The position numbers and the translations under genes are program-made. Shown one piece after another: positions 47,236 to 57,261 of a stretch of DNA of 64,000 nt. The number at the start of each line of letters is the position of its first letter. Positions within the stretch are counted from its first letter, which is position 1. The DNA comes from an uncultured Solirubrobacterales bacterium (GTDB lineage Bacteria; Actinomycetota; Thermoleophilia; Solirubrobacterales; Solirubrobacteraceae): positions 74,423-138,422 of the forward strand of contig CAVVTQ010000002.1 in NCBI GenBank assembly GCA_963751195.1. The letters are read 5' to 3'. Under the pieces are notes generated by a model. It did no database searches. It had not been told where the DNA came from and saw only the letters and a list, made by a program, of their open reading frames with translations.

Positions 47236-47945
47236 GTACGAGCGCCAGCCTTGAGCTGCGCGAGCTCGTCAAGCATTACACCAGCGACTCCGAGGTTGTG
47301 CGGGCGGTGGACGGGGTCTCGCTGACGGTTGCGCCCGGCGAGCTCGTGGCGCTGTATGGGCCCAGTGGCTCGGGCAAGACCACGCTGCTGCTGCTGACCG
47401 CCGGCCTGCTTGCCCCCGATCGCGGCAGCGTGTGGTTTGGCGAGCGCGAAGTGAGCAGCCTGCCGGCCACCGAGGGCGCTCGCTTCCGCCGTCGCGAGGT
47501 GGGCTTCGTGTTCCAATCCTTCCACCTGATGGCCGGTGCCACGGCGCTCGACAACGCCTCGCTGAAGCTGCTGGGGGATGGGTGGACGCTGCGCGATGCG
47601 CGCCGGGTGGCGCGTCCCTGGCTCGAACGTGTGGGGTTGGGCGAGCGCGTCGACCATACGCCCGACAAGCTCTCGATGGGCGAGCGCCAGCGGGTGGCGA
47701 TCGCACGGGCGCTCGCCGGCGAGCCGCGTCTGCTGCTCACCGACGAGCCAACCGGGAACCTCGACTCCAAGCGCAGCCGCGAGGTGCTGGCGCTCCTGCG
47801 CGAGCTCTGCCGCGAACGCGGCATACCTGGCCTGCTCGTCACCCACGACCCCCAGGCACGGGCGTTCGTGGATCGGGTGCACACGCTCCGCGACGGGCAC
47901 CTCCGCGAGGGTCTCGACGCAGAGCTGGCGATGAGCCTCGCGTAA
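47232..47945 (+). CDS. ABC ATP-binding protein (LolD/MacB type)
   Basis: GPSGSGKT, LSMGERQR, DEPTGNLD and VTHD motifs. Confidence 0.93.
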   Translation: MSTSASLELRELVKHYTSDSEVVRAVDGVSLTVAPGELVALYGPSGSGKTTLLLLTAGLLAPDRGSVWFGEREVSSLPATEGARFRRREVGFVFQSFHLMAGATALDNASLKLLGDGWTLRDARRVARPWLERVGLGERVDHTPDKLSMGERQRVAIARALAGEPRLLLTDEPTGNLDSKRSREVLALLRELCRERGIPGLLVTHDPQARAFVDRVHTLRDGHLREGLDAELAMSLA

Positions 47946-47949
47946 GCAG

Positions 47950-50517
47950 TTGACGATGAGCCGGCCCTCGCTGAATCCGAAGATCCTCGGCGTGCGCTCG
48001 AGCATGTTGTTTCGCTTCTACGGTTGGCGCCTGCGCCGCCACACCGCGCAGGAGCTGTTGGCCGGAGGCGGCATCGCCGTGGGAGTGGCGCTGGTGTTCG
48101 GGGTGCTGGTGGCCAACAGCAGCCTGATGAGCTCCGCGGGGAATCTGCTGCATGGGCTGGTCGGCTCGGCACGCCTGCAGGTGGTGGCGCGCTCCAGCGA
48201 CGGCTTCGACGAGGGATTGGCAACCAAGATCCGCGGGCTGCCGGGAGTGCAGGCGGCGGCCGGGCTGCTGCGTGAGGAGGTGACGGTGCTCGGGCCCAGA
48301 GGGCGCGAGTCGGTACAGCTGGTCGGCATCGACCCCAACATCATCCAGCTTGGGGTTCTGACCCAGCGGGAACCGGTCTCCTCAGAGCTGCTGCTCGCCG
48401 GCGGACTGGGTTTGCCGGCTGAAGTGGCGAGTACGATCGGCGCCGGCCAGGGGCGTCAAGTGACGCTCGATGCCAACGGCGAAGCGCACCCGGTCTCCGT
48501 TCGTCTCGTGCTCACCGGCGCGCTCGCCGACGCGACCAGGAACGGGACCGTGGCGATCGCGCTACTGCCGCTCGCACAGACGCTCACGGGCAAGCTGGGA
48601 CGCGTCACGCAGGTGATCGTCAAGCCGGCGCCCGGTGCCGAAGCGCTCGTTGCCGGCGAGCTTCGGCGGCTGGCCGCCGGGCGCCTTGACGTGGAGCCGG
48701 TCGCGGAAGAACTGCGCCAGCTGGGCAGCGCAGAGAAGCCGACCAACCAGTCGACCTCGCTGTTTGCCGCGATCGGCGGGATGGTGGGCTTCCTGCTGGC
48801 GCTCAACGCGATGCTGCTCACGGTTCCCGAGCGCCGGCGCTTCATCGCCGATCTGCGGATGCAGGGCTTCGACTCCCAGCAGGTCTTGTTGATTCTGGGC
48901 TTTCAGGCGCTGCTGCTCGGGATCGGCGCCTCGATTGTGGGAGTTGCGCTCGGCGACGTGCTTTCGCACACGCTCTTCCACCGCGTTCCCCTCTACCTGG
49001 CGGTTGCCTTCCCGCTCAGCTCCGCGCAGCTGATCCACGCGAGCACGGTGCTGTTCGCGATCGGCGCCGGGGTGCTCGCCACACTGATCGCCTCGCTGCC
49101 TCCGCTGATCGATTTGCGTCCGGGCCGACCGGCCGATGCGGTGTTTCGCGAAATCCGCGATGAGGCTGGCATCTCCAGGGCAGCCGTTCTGTGGCTGGCG
49201 GTTCTCGGTCTCTTCGTGCTCCTGGCTCTGACCGTGCTCGTGCTGAGCATTCCCCGGCTGACGGTGCTCGGCGGCGTGGCGCTGGCGCTGGTGGCCATCT
49301 GCCTGATCCCGGCGGTGTTCGTGACCGTGGTTGGTGTGCTCGCGCGTATCGGCGAGCGCATACCCGGCAGCATGCTGGTTATCGCCGTGACCGAGTTGCG
49401 CTCGACCGCCACGCGCTCGATTGCCCTGGCCGGCGTGGCGGCGCTGGCCGTCTACGGCAGTGTGGCGATCGGAGGAGCTCGCGCCGACCTCCTGAATGGC
49501 ATCGACGGCGCGATCTCCCACTACTTCAGCACCGCCGACGTCTGGGTGGTCAACGGCGATGACATCTTCAACACCAACAGCTTCACCGCCGATGGCACCG
49601 CCGCGAAGATCGCGCGCATACCCGATGTGACGGCGGTGCGCACATATCAGGGTGGGCTGCTCAACGTCGGCGTGCGCAGGCTCTGGGTGCGTGCGAGAGC
49701 TCCGAACGATCCGGCGATGCTCGAAGCCGGCCAGCTCGTGAGCGGCAACCTCGCACGTGCCACCGAGCTGCTCCGGCGGGGGGGCTGGGCGGCGATCTCG
49801 AGCGAGTTCGCAGACGAACACCACCTGCGGGTCGGCAGCTACATGTCGTTGCCCACACCGTCGGGCCCGGTGCGTTTTGGCGTCGCGGCGATCATGACGA
49901 ACTCGGGGTGGCCCCCGGGCGCGATCACCGTCGACAGCGACGATTACAGTCGCTACTGGCACACGACGGATCCGTCGGCGTTGGAGGTTGATATCAGGCA
50001 GGGTGCTGCTGTCGGAGCGGTCAAAAAAGCGATCGAACGTGTGCTCGGCGATCGCCCGGGCTTGCTGGTGCGCACGAGCAGCGAACGCACCGCCGAAAGC
50101 GAGGCCAGCGCTCGCCAGGGGCTGCGAACGCTCGAGGAGATCGCGGAGCTGCTGCTGATCGCGGCGGCGCTATCGGTAGCGTCGGCGCTTGGCGCGGTCA
50201 TCTGGCAGCGGCGCACCAAGCTTGCGTCGCTGCGCATCCAGGGCTTCGACTATCGCCAACTGTGGCGGGCGCTGTTGCTCGAGAGCCTGATCCTGCTGAG
50301 CATTGGCAGCCTCGATGGCGTTCTGCTGGGCATCTACGGTCACGCGCTGGCAAGCCGCTGGTTGGAGCTCACAACGGGGTTCTCCGCGCCGTTCTCACTC
50401 GCGGGCTTGCAGATTCTGGAGACATTCCTGCTGGTCGCCGGGATGGCGATTGCCGTGATCGCTGTGCCCGGGCTGAAGGCAGCCAAAGTTCCGGCCAACA
50501 TGGGACTACAGGAGTAA
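47950..50517 (+). CDS. FtsX/MacB-type ABC permease (two-lobed)
   Basis: 855 aa; two TM plus extracellular-domain repeats; ERRRFIADLRMQG and QRRTKLASLRIQG. Confidence 0.9.
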   Translation: MTMSRPSLNPKILGVRSSMLFRFYGWRLRRHTAQELLAGGGIAVGVALVFGVLVANSSLMSSAGNLLHGLVGSARLQVVARSSDGFDEGLATKIRGLPGVQAAAGLLREEVTVLGPRGRESVQLVGIDPNIIQLGVLTQREPVSSELLLAGGLGLPAEVASTIGAGQGRQVTLDANGEAHPVSVRLVLTGALADATRNGTVAIALLPLAQTLTGKLGRVTQVIVKPAPGAEALVAGELRRLAAGRLDVEPVAEELRQLGSAEKPTNQSTSLFAAIGGMVGFLLALNAMLLTVPERRRFIADLRMQGFDSQQVLLILGFQALLLGIGASIVGVALGDVLSHTLFHRVPLYLAVAFPLSSAQLIHASTVLFAIGAGVLATLIASLPPLIDLRPGRPADAVFREIRDEAGISRAAVLWLAVLGLFVLLALTVLVLSIPRLTVLGGVALALVAICLIPAVFVTVVGVLARIGERIPGSMLVIAVTELRSTATRSIALAGVAALAVYGSVAIGGARADLLNGIDGAISHYFSTADVWVVNGDDIFNTNSFTADGTAAKIARIPDVTAVRTYQGGLLNVGVRRLWVRARAPNDPAMLEAGQLVSGNLARATELLRRGGWAAISSEFADEHHLRVGSYMSLPTPSGPVRFGVAAIMTNSGWPPGAITVDSDDYSRYWHTTDPSALEVDIRQGAAVGAVKKAIERVLGDRPGLLVRTSSERTAESEASARQGLRTLEEIAELLLIAAALSVASALGAVIWQRRTKLASLRIQGFDYRQLWRALLLESLILLSIGSLDGVLLGIYGHALASRWLELTTGFSAPFSLAGLQILETFLLVAGMAIAVIAVPGLKAAKVPANMGLQE

Positions 50518-50635
50518 GAAGCTCTCAAGCCGATCGATTCTTCCTGAGGATTTGCTCGCGGCCGGCCTGCGAAAAGCTCACGCGGTTTGGACGAATGTTT
50601 CGCGTGCCGTCCCCTCGACGCGTAAAGCTGTTCGT

Positions 50636-51733
50636 ATGAGTGCGTTTATCGAGGAGGGTGGATCGCTGGCCGCGTGGCTCCCGGCCGAGTTCTTGAGTGC
50701 CGCAAAACGGTATTGGCTGCGGATCTTCCCCACCGTCCGGCGTGAGGCGACTCGTTGGCGCAGTCGAGCGGAGGAGATCCCCGACCCGGTGCTGCGCCAA
50801 GCGGCTTTGGCCAATCTGCGGACTGAGCGCTTGAACCTCGATGGCGCCGCTGCTTTCGCCGCGTTTGTCCCAGATGCTCATCGTTCCGCGGTGGTGCGGG
50901 CGCAGGTGGCCCTCCAAGCCGCCTACGACTATGTCGACACGCTCGCCGAGCAACCGTGCCGGGATCCGATTCGCAACGGCGATCAACTGCACAAAGTGCT
51001 CGGCGCGGCGCTCGATCCAACCGGTCCGCGGATCGACTACTACGCGCACCATCCCCAAAAGGATGACGCCGGCTATCTCCAGTGCATCGTCGATACCTGT
51101 CGCGCCGCTCTGCGCGAGCTTCCCTCCTACACCTCGGTGGCGGCGCCGATGCGCAGAGCCGCCAAGCGAATGGTGTCCTATCAAAGCCTGAATCTCAATG
51201 AAGCACAGGGCGATCACGCGGCGCTGGCGCGTTGGGCCAATGCGCAGACACCCGCAAGCACGGATCTGAGATGGTGGGAGACCGCTGCCTCCGCGGGCTC
51301 CTCTCTCGGTGTCTACATGCTGATCGCGATGGCGGCCCAGCATGCTGTCCACGCGGAGGATGCGACCGCGATCGAGGAGGCGTACTTCCCCTGGATCGGC
51401 TCGCTCCATCTGCTGCTCGACAGCCTGGTCGATCAACGAGAGGACCGTCTGGCTGGTCAACCCAGCCTGCTCGCCTACTACTCCTCGCCCGAGGAGGCGG
51501 CCGCTCGCCTGGGTCTGATTGCGGCAGAGTCGATGCAACGGATTCAAACGCTTCCCTACGGTCGCCAGCACGCGCTGTTGCTTGCCGGCATGGCGGGTCA
51601 TTATCTGTCGATGCCAGTGGCAGTCCAGGCAGAGGCCCGGCTCGCGGCTCGTTCGGTGTTGGCGTCGATCGGTGGGCTGGCGGCTCCAACGATGCTCGTG
51701 ATGGGTGCCCGGCAGGCGCTCTGGAGGCTATGA
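50636..51733 (+). CDS. DUF2600 / tetraprenyl-beta-curcumene synthase-like (class IB terpene synthase) protein
   Basis: WRSRAEEIPDPVLR, DYVDTLAE, WWETAASAGSSL and YFPWIGSLHLLLDSLVDQRED match the YtpB-family layout. Confidence 0.8.
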   Translation: MSAFIEEGGSLAAWLPAEFLSAAKRYWLRIFPTVRREATRWRSRAEEIPDPVLRQAALANLRTERLNLDGAAAFAAFVPDAHRSAVVRAQVALQAAYDYVDTLAEQPCRDPIRNGDQLHKVLGAALDPTGPRIDYYAHHPQKDDAGYLQCIVDTCRAALRELPSYTSVAAPMRRAAKRMVSYQSLNLNEAQGDHAALARWANAQTPASTDLRWWETAASAGSSLGVYMLIAMAAQHAVHAEDATAIEEAYFPWIGSLHLLLDSLVDQREDRLAGQPSLLAYYSSPEEAAARLGLIAAESMQRIQTLPYGRQHALLLAGMAGHYLSMPVAVQAEARLAARSVLASIGGLAAPTMLVMGARQALWRL

Positions 51734-52072
51734 TCGTGTGGATTCGTGGTGCTGAGACCCTTCGAATCAGAAACAGTAAAAATGACTTTGTATAGTGGGT
51801 ATCCGGATCGTGCGATGAGCATTAATTACTCGCAACGCGACCATTCTTGTTGCGACTTTTCCTCCGCCGGAGCGTTGTTCATGATGTGATCGTGATCAGT
51901 GATCGTGATCATCTTCTTGGTGGCGTGCTCTGCGGCGACAGTCGCAACAAACGCCGTAAGTTGGTGTTTGGGTGGTTGAGCGGTCTCGATGAAGTCGAAG
52001 TTACGCACAGGCCTAGCCTGGGGAAAATCGAATAGCAGCTTCAAGCTCGAATAAGCGGCTTCATAGGGAGCT

Positions 52073-52141
52073 CACGTCAATCGTCCATCCGCCAGCACGT
52101 CAATCGTCCATCCGCCAGCACGTCAATCGTCCATCCGCCAG
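52073..52141. repeat. 23-bp perfect tandem repeat x3
   Basis: CACGTCAATCGTCCATCCGCCAG x3 with no spacers. Confidence 0.92.
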
Positions 52142-52310
52142 ATCAGGCACATCGTCCACATCCCCGATCGATATCTCCAAGTCGGTTCGCTCCATCCTCT
52201 GGGACCAATCCGTATCTCCACATCCTCTGAGTTGAAGTCCCCCTAGTTGAAGTCCCCGCACCACGCAAACCGTCACCAAACCTACAGTCGTCATTCCTGA
52301 GTTTCCAACC

Positions 52311-53105
52311 ATGTCAAAGCCATTGGATCCCGAGCACCCCGGTAGGTTCTCCTCCTCGCTGGTCGCCGGCCTTGCGATGCTGACGTGCTTCACCGCCGAG
52401 CACCCGGTGCGCGGGATCGCCGACATGGCCGAGGAACTCGATTTGGGTCGCTCCACCACCCACCGCTATGCGACTACGCTGGTGACGCTCGGCTACCTCG
52501 AGCAGGGGCCCTCGCGCAAGTATCGCCTCTCCTCGCGGGTGTCAGACTTCGGACTCTCGCTGTTGGACTCGATGGTGGTGCGTCGGGTTGCGCGCGAGCA
52601 CCTGCGCGAGTTGCGTGCGCGGAGTGGTCGCACCGTAAGCCTCGGGGTCCTGGGGGGGGCCGAGGTTGCCTACATCGACCGCTGGCAGGGGTCTCGCCAA
52701 GGGCAGTACGCGGTCGATGCGGGCATCGGGTTGGGTACGCGGTTGCCCATCCACTGCACCGCCGCGGGTAAGGCGCTCCTGGCGCGCTTGCCCGAGGCGG
52801 AGCAGCGGAGCCTGATCTCCCAGCTGCGCCTGGCACGGCGCGGACCCAAGACGATCACCACCAAGACGGCGCTGCGAGCCGAGCTCGGGCGGATCCTCGC
52901 AGGGCAGGGAGTGGCGATCGAGGATGAGGAGCTGCTGGTGGGCCGGCGGGCCATCGCTGCCGCGGTGCTGGACAAGAGCGGCCAGGCGGTCGCGGCCGTC
53001 GAGCTGGCGGTGCCGGTGCAGGCATGCAGCCGCGAGGAGTTGCTCGCCCAGCTTGGCCCCAAAGTGACGGCCACGGCTCAGCGGATCGCAGCGGCGCTCC
53101 CATGA
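52311..53105 (+). CDS. IclR-family transcriptional regulator
   Basis: HTH RSTTHRYATTL, GTRLPIHCTAAGKALLA and EDEEL..AIAA motifs. Confidence 0.92.
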   Translation: MSKPLDPEHPGRFSSSLVAGLAMLTCFTAEHPVRGIADMAEELDLGRSTTHRYATTLVTLGYLEQGPSRKYRLSSRVSDFGLSLLDSMVVRRVAREHLRELRARSGRTVSLGVLGGAEVAYIDRWQGSRQGQYAVDAGIGLGTRLPIHCTAAGKALLARLPEAEQRSLISQLRLARRGPKTITTKTALRAELGRILAGQGVAIEDEELLVGRRAIAAAVLDKSGQAVAAVELAVPVQACSREELLAQLGPKVTATAQRIAAALP

Positions 53106-53400
53106 GCGCCCCCAACCGCTTCGCCCGGCGCCTGCGCCAGGCGCGCTGGCATCGTGTCGATGGCGAGCTGTCGAGGCGAATGGTCGGTTGCCACGCTCGC
53201 CTGCTTGCGACCTGCCCGCCGGTGGGCGCGCGGCCGCGCCCGCCGCGACGTGTCATCAAGGGTCCCCGTGGTGTGGAGCGCGAGCGACTCGTCGAGAACC
53301 CCCTCAAGGGTTCTCGTCGGCCCTGACGGACCTAGACGCTGAGCTCCGCCAAGAGGCGCTCTCGTGGGCGCTGGCTCCGAGGAGGGCCTCGTTGGACTTA

Positions 53401-54338
53401 GGGCGTATCTCGGTAGGAGTCGTGTAGCCCGCGTCGAATCTCTTGATCGGCCGGCCGCTTATCCAAGCGACCAGGAGGTTCCTGATGGGTTTGATCGACT
53501 TCGATGATGGTTGGCGTATGCCTGATTGGTTGTGGGAGCGGGTCGAGGCATTGCTGCCGGAGCGTCCGGCGCACCCGTTGGGGTGTCACAATCCGCGGGT
53601 AGCGGATCGCGACGCGATGGACGCGATTTTGCTGGTCCTCAGGACGGGGATGCAGTGGAACGCGCTGAACGCGACCGGGGTCTGTCACTCCAGTTCGGCG
53701 CACCGGCGTTTTCAGGAGTGGGAGCGGGCTGGGGTATTCCACGAGATATGGCGTCAGGGACTGCTGGAGTACGACGAGGTTGTAGGGATCGACTGGGCGT
53801 GGCTGGCAGCCGATGGCGCGATGACCAAGGCCCCTCTCGGTGGCGCAAAGACCGGCCCGAATCCCACTGACCGGGCCAAGGGGGGGCGAAGCGTTCAGTT
53901 CTCAGCGAGGGAGCGGGGGTCCCGATCGGGTTGGCGCACGACGGTGCCAACCGCAACGACCAGCCGCTGCTAGAGCCGACTCTCGCCAGCATCCCGATCG
54001 AGCGTCCCGAGCCGACGCCAGAGTTTCCACAGGGGCTGTGCCTCGATCGTGGGTATGACTCCCCACCGATGCACGATCTGGCTGTCAAACACGGCTACAC
54101 GCCGCATATCCGTGCGCGGGGAGAGGAGATCAAGCTCAAGGCGCGCACACCCGGCTGGCGTGCAAGGCGCTGGGTCGTCGAGGCCACGCACTCCTGGCTG
54201 AACCGCAACCGCGGCATCCTCATCCGCTGGTCCAAGAAGGAGGAGAACCACCTCGCGCTCCTCCAGCTCGCCAGCGGCCTGATCGCTTTCAAGAAGGCCC
54301 ACCGCGCGACCCTCGAAGCCACCTACTGAGATACGCCC
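53401..54338 (+). mobile_element. IS5-family insertion sequence, 938 bp
   Basis: Terminal inverted repeats GGGCGTATCTCRGTAGG (16 of 17 match); TTA target duplication at 53398-53400 and 54339-54341. Confidence 0.92.
53485..54329 (+). CDS. IS5-family DDE transposase in two frames (orfA/orfB)
   Basis: VLRTGMQWNAL, AADG, NPTDRAK, then in the -1 frame KRSVLSE..GANRND, LDRGYD and RWVVEATHSW; G7 run at 53880-53886. Confidence 0.9.
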
Positions 54339-55502
54339 TTAGGCCCCGAGGGCCCGCGCGATCACCATCTGCTGAATCTCGTCGGTGCCCTCCCCGATCG
54401 TGAGGATCTTCGCGTCACGATAGAAGCGGCACACGGGGTACTCCTCGATGAAGCCGTACCCGCCGTGGATCTGCACCGCCTCCTCGGCGCAGCGCACCGC
54501 CAGGCGGCCCGTCTTGAGCTTGGCCTGGGCGGCAGTTAGCGTGAAGTTGCGCCCCGCGTCCTTCTCACGGGCTGCCTTGTATACGAGCAGGCGCGCGGCG
54601 GCGATCTCGGTTGACATGTCCGCGAGCTTGCCCTGAATCGCCTGGAACTTGGCGATCGGCTTGCCGAAGGCGCGACGCTCTTTGGCGTACGCCAACGCCT
54701 GGTCGAGCGCGCCCTGGGCGAGGCCGACGCCCATCGCCGCCACGCCGATGCGCCCGATGTCGAGGATGTGCAGGAACTGCTTGAAGCCCTGCCCGCGGGG
54801 TCCCAACAGGTGGGTCTCGGGAACGCGGCAGTCGGTGAAGCTCAGCGGGCGTGTATCGGAGGCGTTCCAGCCCATCTTGCGGTAGGGCTCGCCCTGCTCG
54901 TAGCCCGGGGTGCCGTTGGGGACGATGATGTTGGAGATCTCCTTGCCCGGGTGGTCGGGATCGGCTCCGTCGCTCTCCCCGGTGACGGCCGTGATGCACA
55001 CCATCCCCGATATCTCCGTGCCGGCGTTGGTGATGAACTGCTTGGCCCCGTCGATCGTCCACTCGTCGTCCCGCAGGCGCGCACGGGTGCGCGTGTTGCC
55101 CGCGTCGGAGCCGGCCTCCGGCTCGGTCAATCCGAACGCCCCGAGCTTCTCCCCCGCGCACAGCCGCGGCAGCCACTCGCGCTTCTGCTCCTCGCTGCCG
55201 AACAGGTAGATCGGCTGGGTGCCCAACGAGGTGTGCGCGCAGAGCGTGATCGCCACCGAGGAATCCACGCGTGCGAGCTCCTCCACCGCGAGTGCGTACG
55301 CCAACGAGTCACCACCGCCCCCGCCGTACTCCTCGGGGAAGGGAATCCCCATCAGGTTGAGCTTCCCCAATTGGGCGACGATCTCGTAGGGAAACGCCTT
55401 CGTGCGGTCGAGCTCCTCTGCCACCGGCGCGACCTCGCCCTCGGCGAATTCCCGCACGGTGCGGCGGATCAGCTCGTGGTCGGGGGAGAGGTCGAAGTCC
55501 AT
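54339..55502 (-). CDS. acyl-CoA dehydrogenase
   Basis: FGLTEPEAGSD, KQFITN, GGYGF and IGEGTDEIQ motifs. Confidence 0.95.
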   Translation of the reverse strand: MDFDLSPDHELIRRTVREFAEGEVAPVAEELDRTKAFPYEIVAQLGKLNLMGIPFPEEYGGGGGDSLAYALAVEELARVDSSVAITLCAHTSLGTQPIYLFGSEEQKREWLPRLCAGEKLGAFGLTEPEAGSDAGNTRTRARLRDDEWTIDGAKQFITNAGTEISGMVCITAVTGESDGADPDHPGKEISNIIVPNGTPGYEQGEPYRKMGWNASDTRPLSFTDCRVPETHLLGPRGQGFKQFLHILDIGRIGVAAMGVGLAQGALDQALAYAKERRAFGKPIAKFQAIQGKLADMSTEIAAARLLVYKAAREKDAGRNFTLTAAQAKLKTGRLAVRCAEEAVQIHGGYGFIEEYPVCRFYRDAKILTIGEGTDEIQQMVIARALGA

Positions 55503-55511
55503 TGGAGGGGT

Positions 55512-55628
55512 GGCGCAGTCGGCCGAAGGCCGGTTGGCCGAAACGGGGATGCTGGTCGATTCGGGGATGCGAGCGAAACGAGTATCTCCCTAATCGGTCG
55601 CAGGCGCGTGTCCCCGGGCTTCGGTCGG
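55512..55628. repeat. composite REP-like element (family C plus a 22-bp hairpin shared with 20456-20477)
   Basis: GGCGCAGTCGGCCGAAGGCCGG followed by TGGCCGAAACGGGGATGCT...GTCCCCGGGCTTCGGTC. Confidence 0.75.
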
Positions 55629-55640
55629 GCGCCTCTTTTA

Positions 55641-57158
55641 TCAGTCTACGTACGAGCGCGCGAGCTCGACCAACAATCGCACACCGTAACCCGAGGCGCC
55701 TTTGGGGGCGTAGGCGCGGCCGAGGTCCCACGCGGAGCCGGCGATGTCGAGGTGCGCCCAGGGGGTCTCGCCGACAAAGTTGGAGAGGAACGCGGCGCCC
55801 ACGATGGTGCCGGCCTTACGCCCTTCCGGAGCGTTGTCGAGGTCACCGTAGGTGCCCTTGATCAGCTCGTCGTACTCCTCGTGCAGCGGTAGCCGCCACA
55901 CGATCTCGCCGGTCTGCCTTCCGGCTGCCGTGATCCGCTCGGCGAGCTCCTCGTCGTTGCCGATCAGCCCCGCGTGGGTCGAGCCGAGCGCGATGATCAC
56001 CGCGCCGGTGAGCGTTGCCAGGTCGACCACCCGTTCGGCTCCCAGCGACACCGCGTGGTGCAGGCAGTCGGCCAGCACCAGCCGGCCCTCGGCGTCGGTG
56101 TTGTTGACCTCGATCGTTTTCCCGTTCGCCGCCGTCACGATGTCCCCGGGCTTCACCGAGCGGTCGCTCGGCAGGTTCTCGGTCGCGCCGACAACCCCGA
56201 CGAGCTTCACCGGCAGCTTCAGCCGCGCGATCGCCGCGACCGCCTCGACCACGGCGGCGCCGCCCGACATGTCGAACTTCATCTCCGCCATCTTCGCCCC
56301 AGGCTTGAGCGAGATGCCGCCGCTGTCGAACGTCACCGCCTTACCGACCATTCCCAGCAGCGGCCCACTGGGATTGGATGGCTCGCCCACCCGCTCATAG
56401 CGCAGCACGATCAAGGCCGGCTCCTGCGCCGAGCCCTGCGCCACCGCCGCGAACGCGCCCATGCCCCGCGCGATGATCTCCGCACGGCCCTCCACTTCGA
56501 CCGTGAGACCCTCGATCTCCTCCGCCAGTGCGAGCGCGTGCTCGGCCAGCGCGGTGGGAGTAAGGTCGTTGGCGGGCCGGTTCTGCAGGTCCCGCGCGGC
56601 GTTGACCGCCGCTGTCACGATCGCTGCCTCGGAGACGGTGCGCTCGAGGTCTTGCGCGGACGACCCGCCGGTCTCGCTTCCCTGCACGTCTGGCGGGGAG
56701 CCCTGCCCCGCGGCGCGTGACACGATCAGCGCTCGCAGGTGCTTCGGCGCGGCGTCCTGATCCTCGGGCGGGGCCGAGCGGTGGCTGTCGAAACGGTAGT
56801 CCGCCAGGGCCGTGCCCTCGACCAGCGCCGCGCACACCGTGAGGTCCGCGCTCGGCGCCTGCCAGCAGAGCGTGTCGGTCGAGAGCTCGAGAGCCCGTGG
56901 GTGCGCGCCTGCCGCCGCCGAGCGCGCGCGCTCGGGCGTGAAGTCCTTGCGCTTGCCCAGCCCCACCAGCAGCCACCGCTTGCCATCGGCGTGAGCGACC
57001 GCCAGCGCCTTCGGCGTCCCCCGCGCCTCGCCTGCGGCGATCAGCTGCGCCGCCGCGTCGGGCAGCCCGCTCGGGGCATCCTCGCCCTCGAAGATCCCGA
57101 TTGCGATCGTGTCCGCGTCGGTGCTCGCGCCCAGTTGGGTCGTTGCCGAGATGTTCAC
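55641..57158 (-). CDS. pepA: leucyl aminopeptidase (M17)
   Basis: GKAVTFDSGG, MKFDMSG, NTDAEGRL and HLDIAG motifs; start uncertain. Confidence 0.93.
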   Translation of the reverse strand: MNISATTQLGASTDADTIAIGIFEGEDAPSGLPDAAAQLIAAGEARGTPKALAVAHADGKRWLLVGLGKRKDFTPERARSAAAGAHPRALELSTDTLCWQAPSADLTVCAALVEGTALADYRFDSHRSAPPEDQDAAPKHLRALIVSRAAGQGSPPDVQGSETGGSSAQDLERTVSEAAIVTAAVNAARDLQNRPANDLTPTALAEHALALAEEIEGLTVEVEGRAEIIARGMGAFAAVAQGSAQEPALIVLRYERVGEPSNPSGPLLGMVGKAVTFDSGGISLKPGAKMAEMKFDMSGGAAVVEAVAAIARLKLPVKLVGVVGATENLPSDRSVKPGDIVTAANGKTIEVNNTDAEGRLVLADCLHHAVSLGAERVVDLATLTGAVIIALGSTHAGLIGNDEELAERITAAGRQTGEIVWRLPLHEEYDELIKGTYGDLDNAPEGRKAGTIVGAAFLSNFVGETPWAHLDIAGSAWDLGRAYAPKGASGYGVRLLVELARSYVD

Positions 57159-57261
57159 GATCCGGCACGATATCTGTTGCGCTTCAAGAAGGTGTGCCGG
57201 GCCTCTACTAGCATTGCCGGTACCCACCCGTCCGTAATCGACCCTAGGAGAGCTTGATCAA

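Noticed and set aside
51826-52044. 72-aa minus-strand ORF and 62-aa plus-strand ORF
   Set aside because: No recognisable motif and atypical codon use; not supportable as CDS.
52073-52141. possible CRISPR array
   Set aside because: The 23-bp units are contiguous with no spacers, and there are no cas genes in the window.
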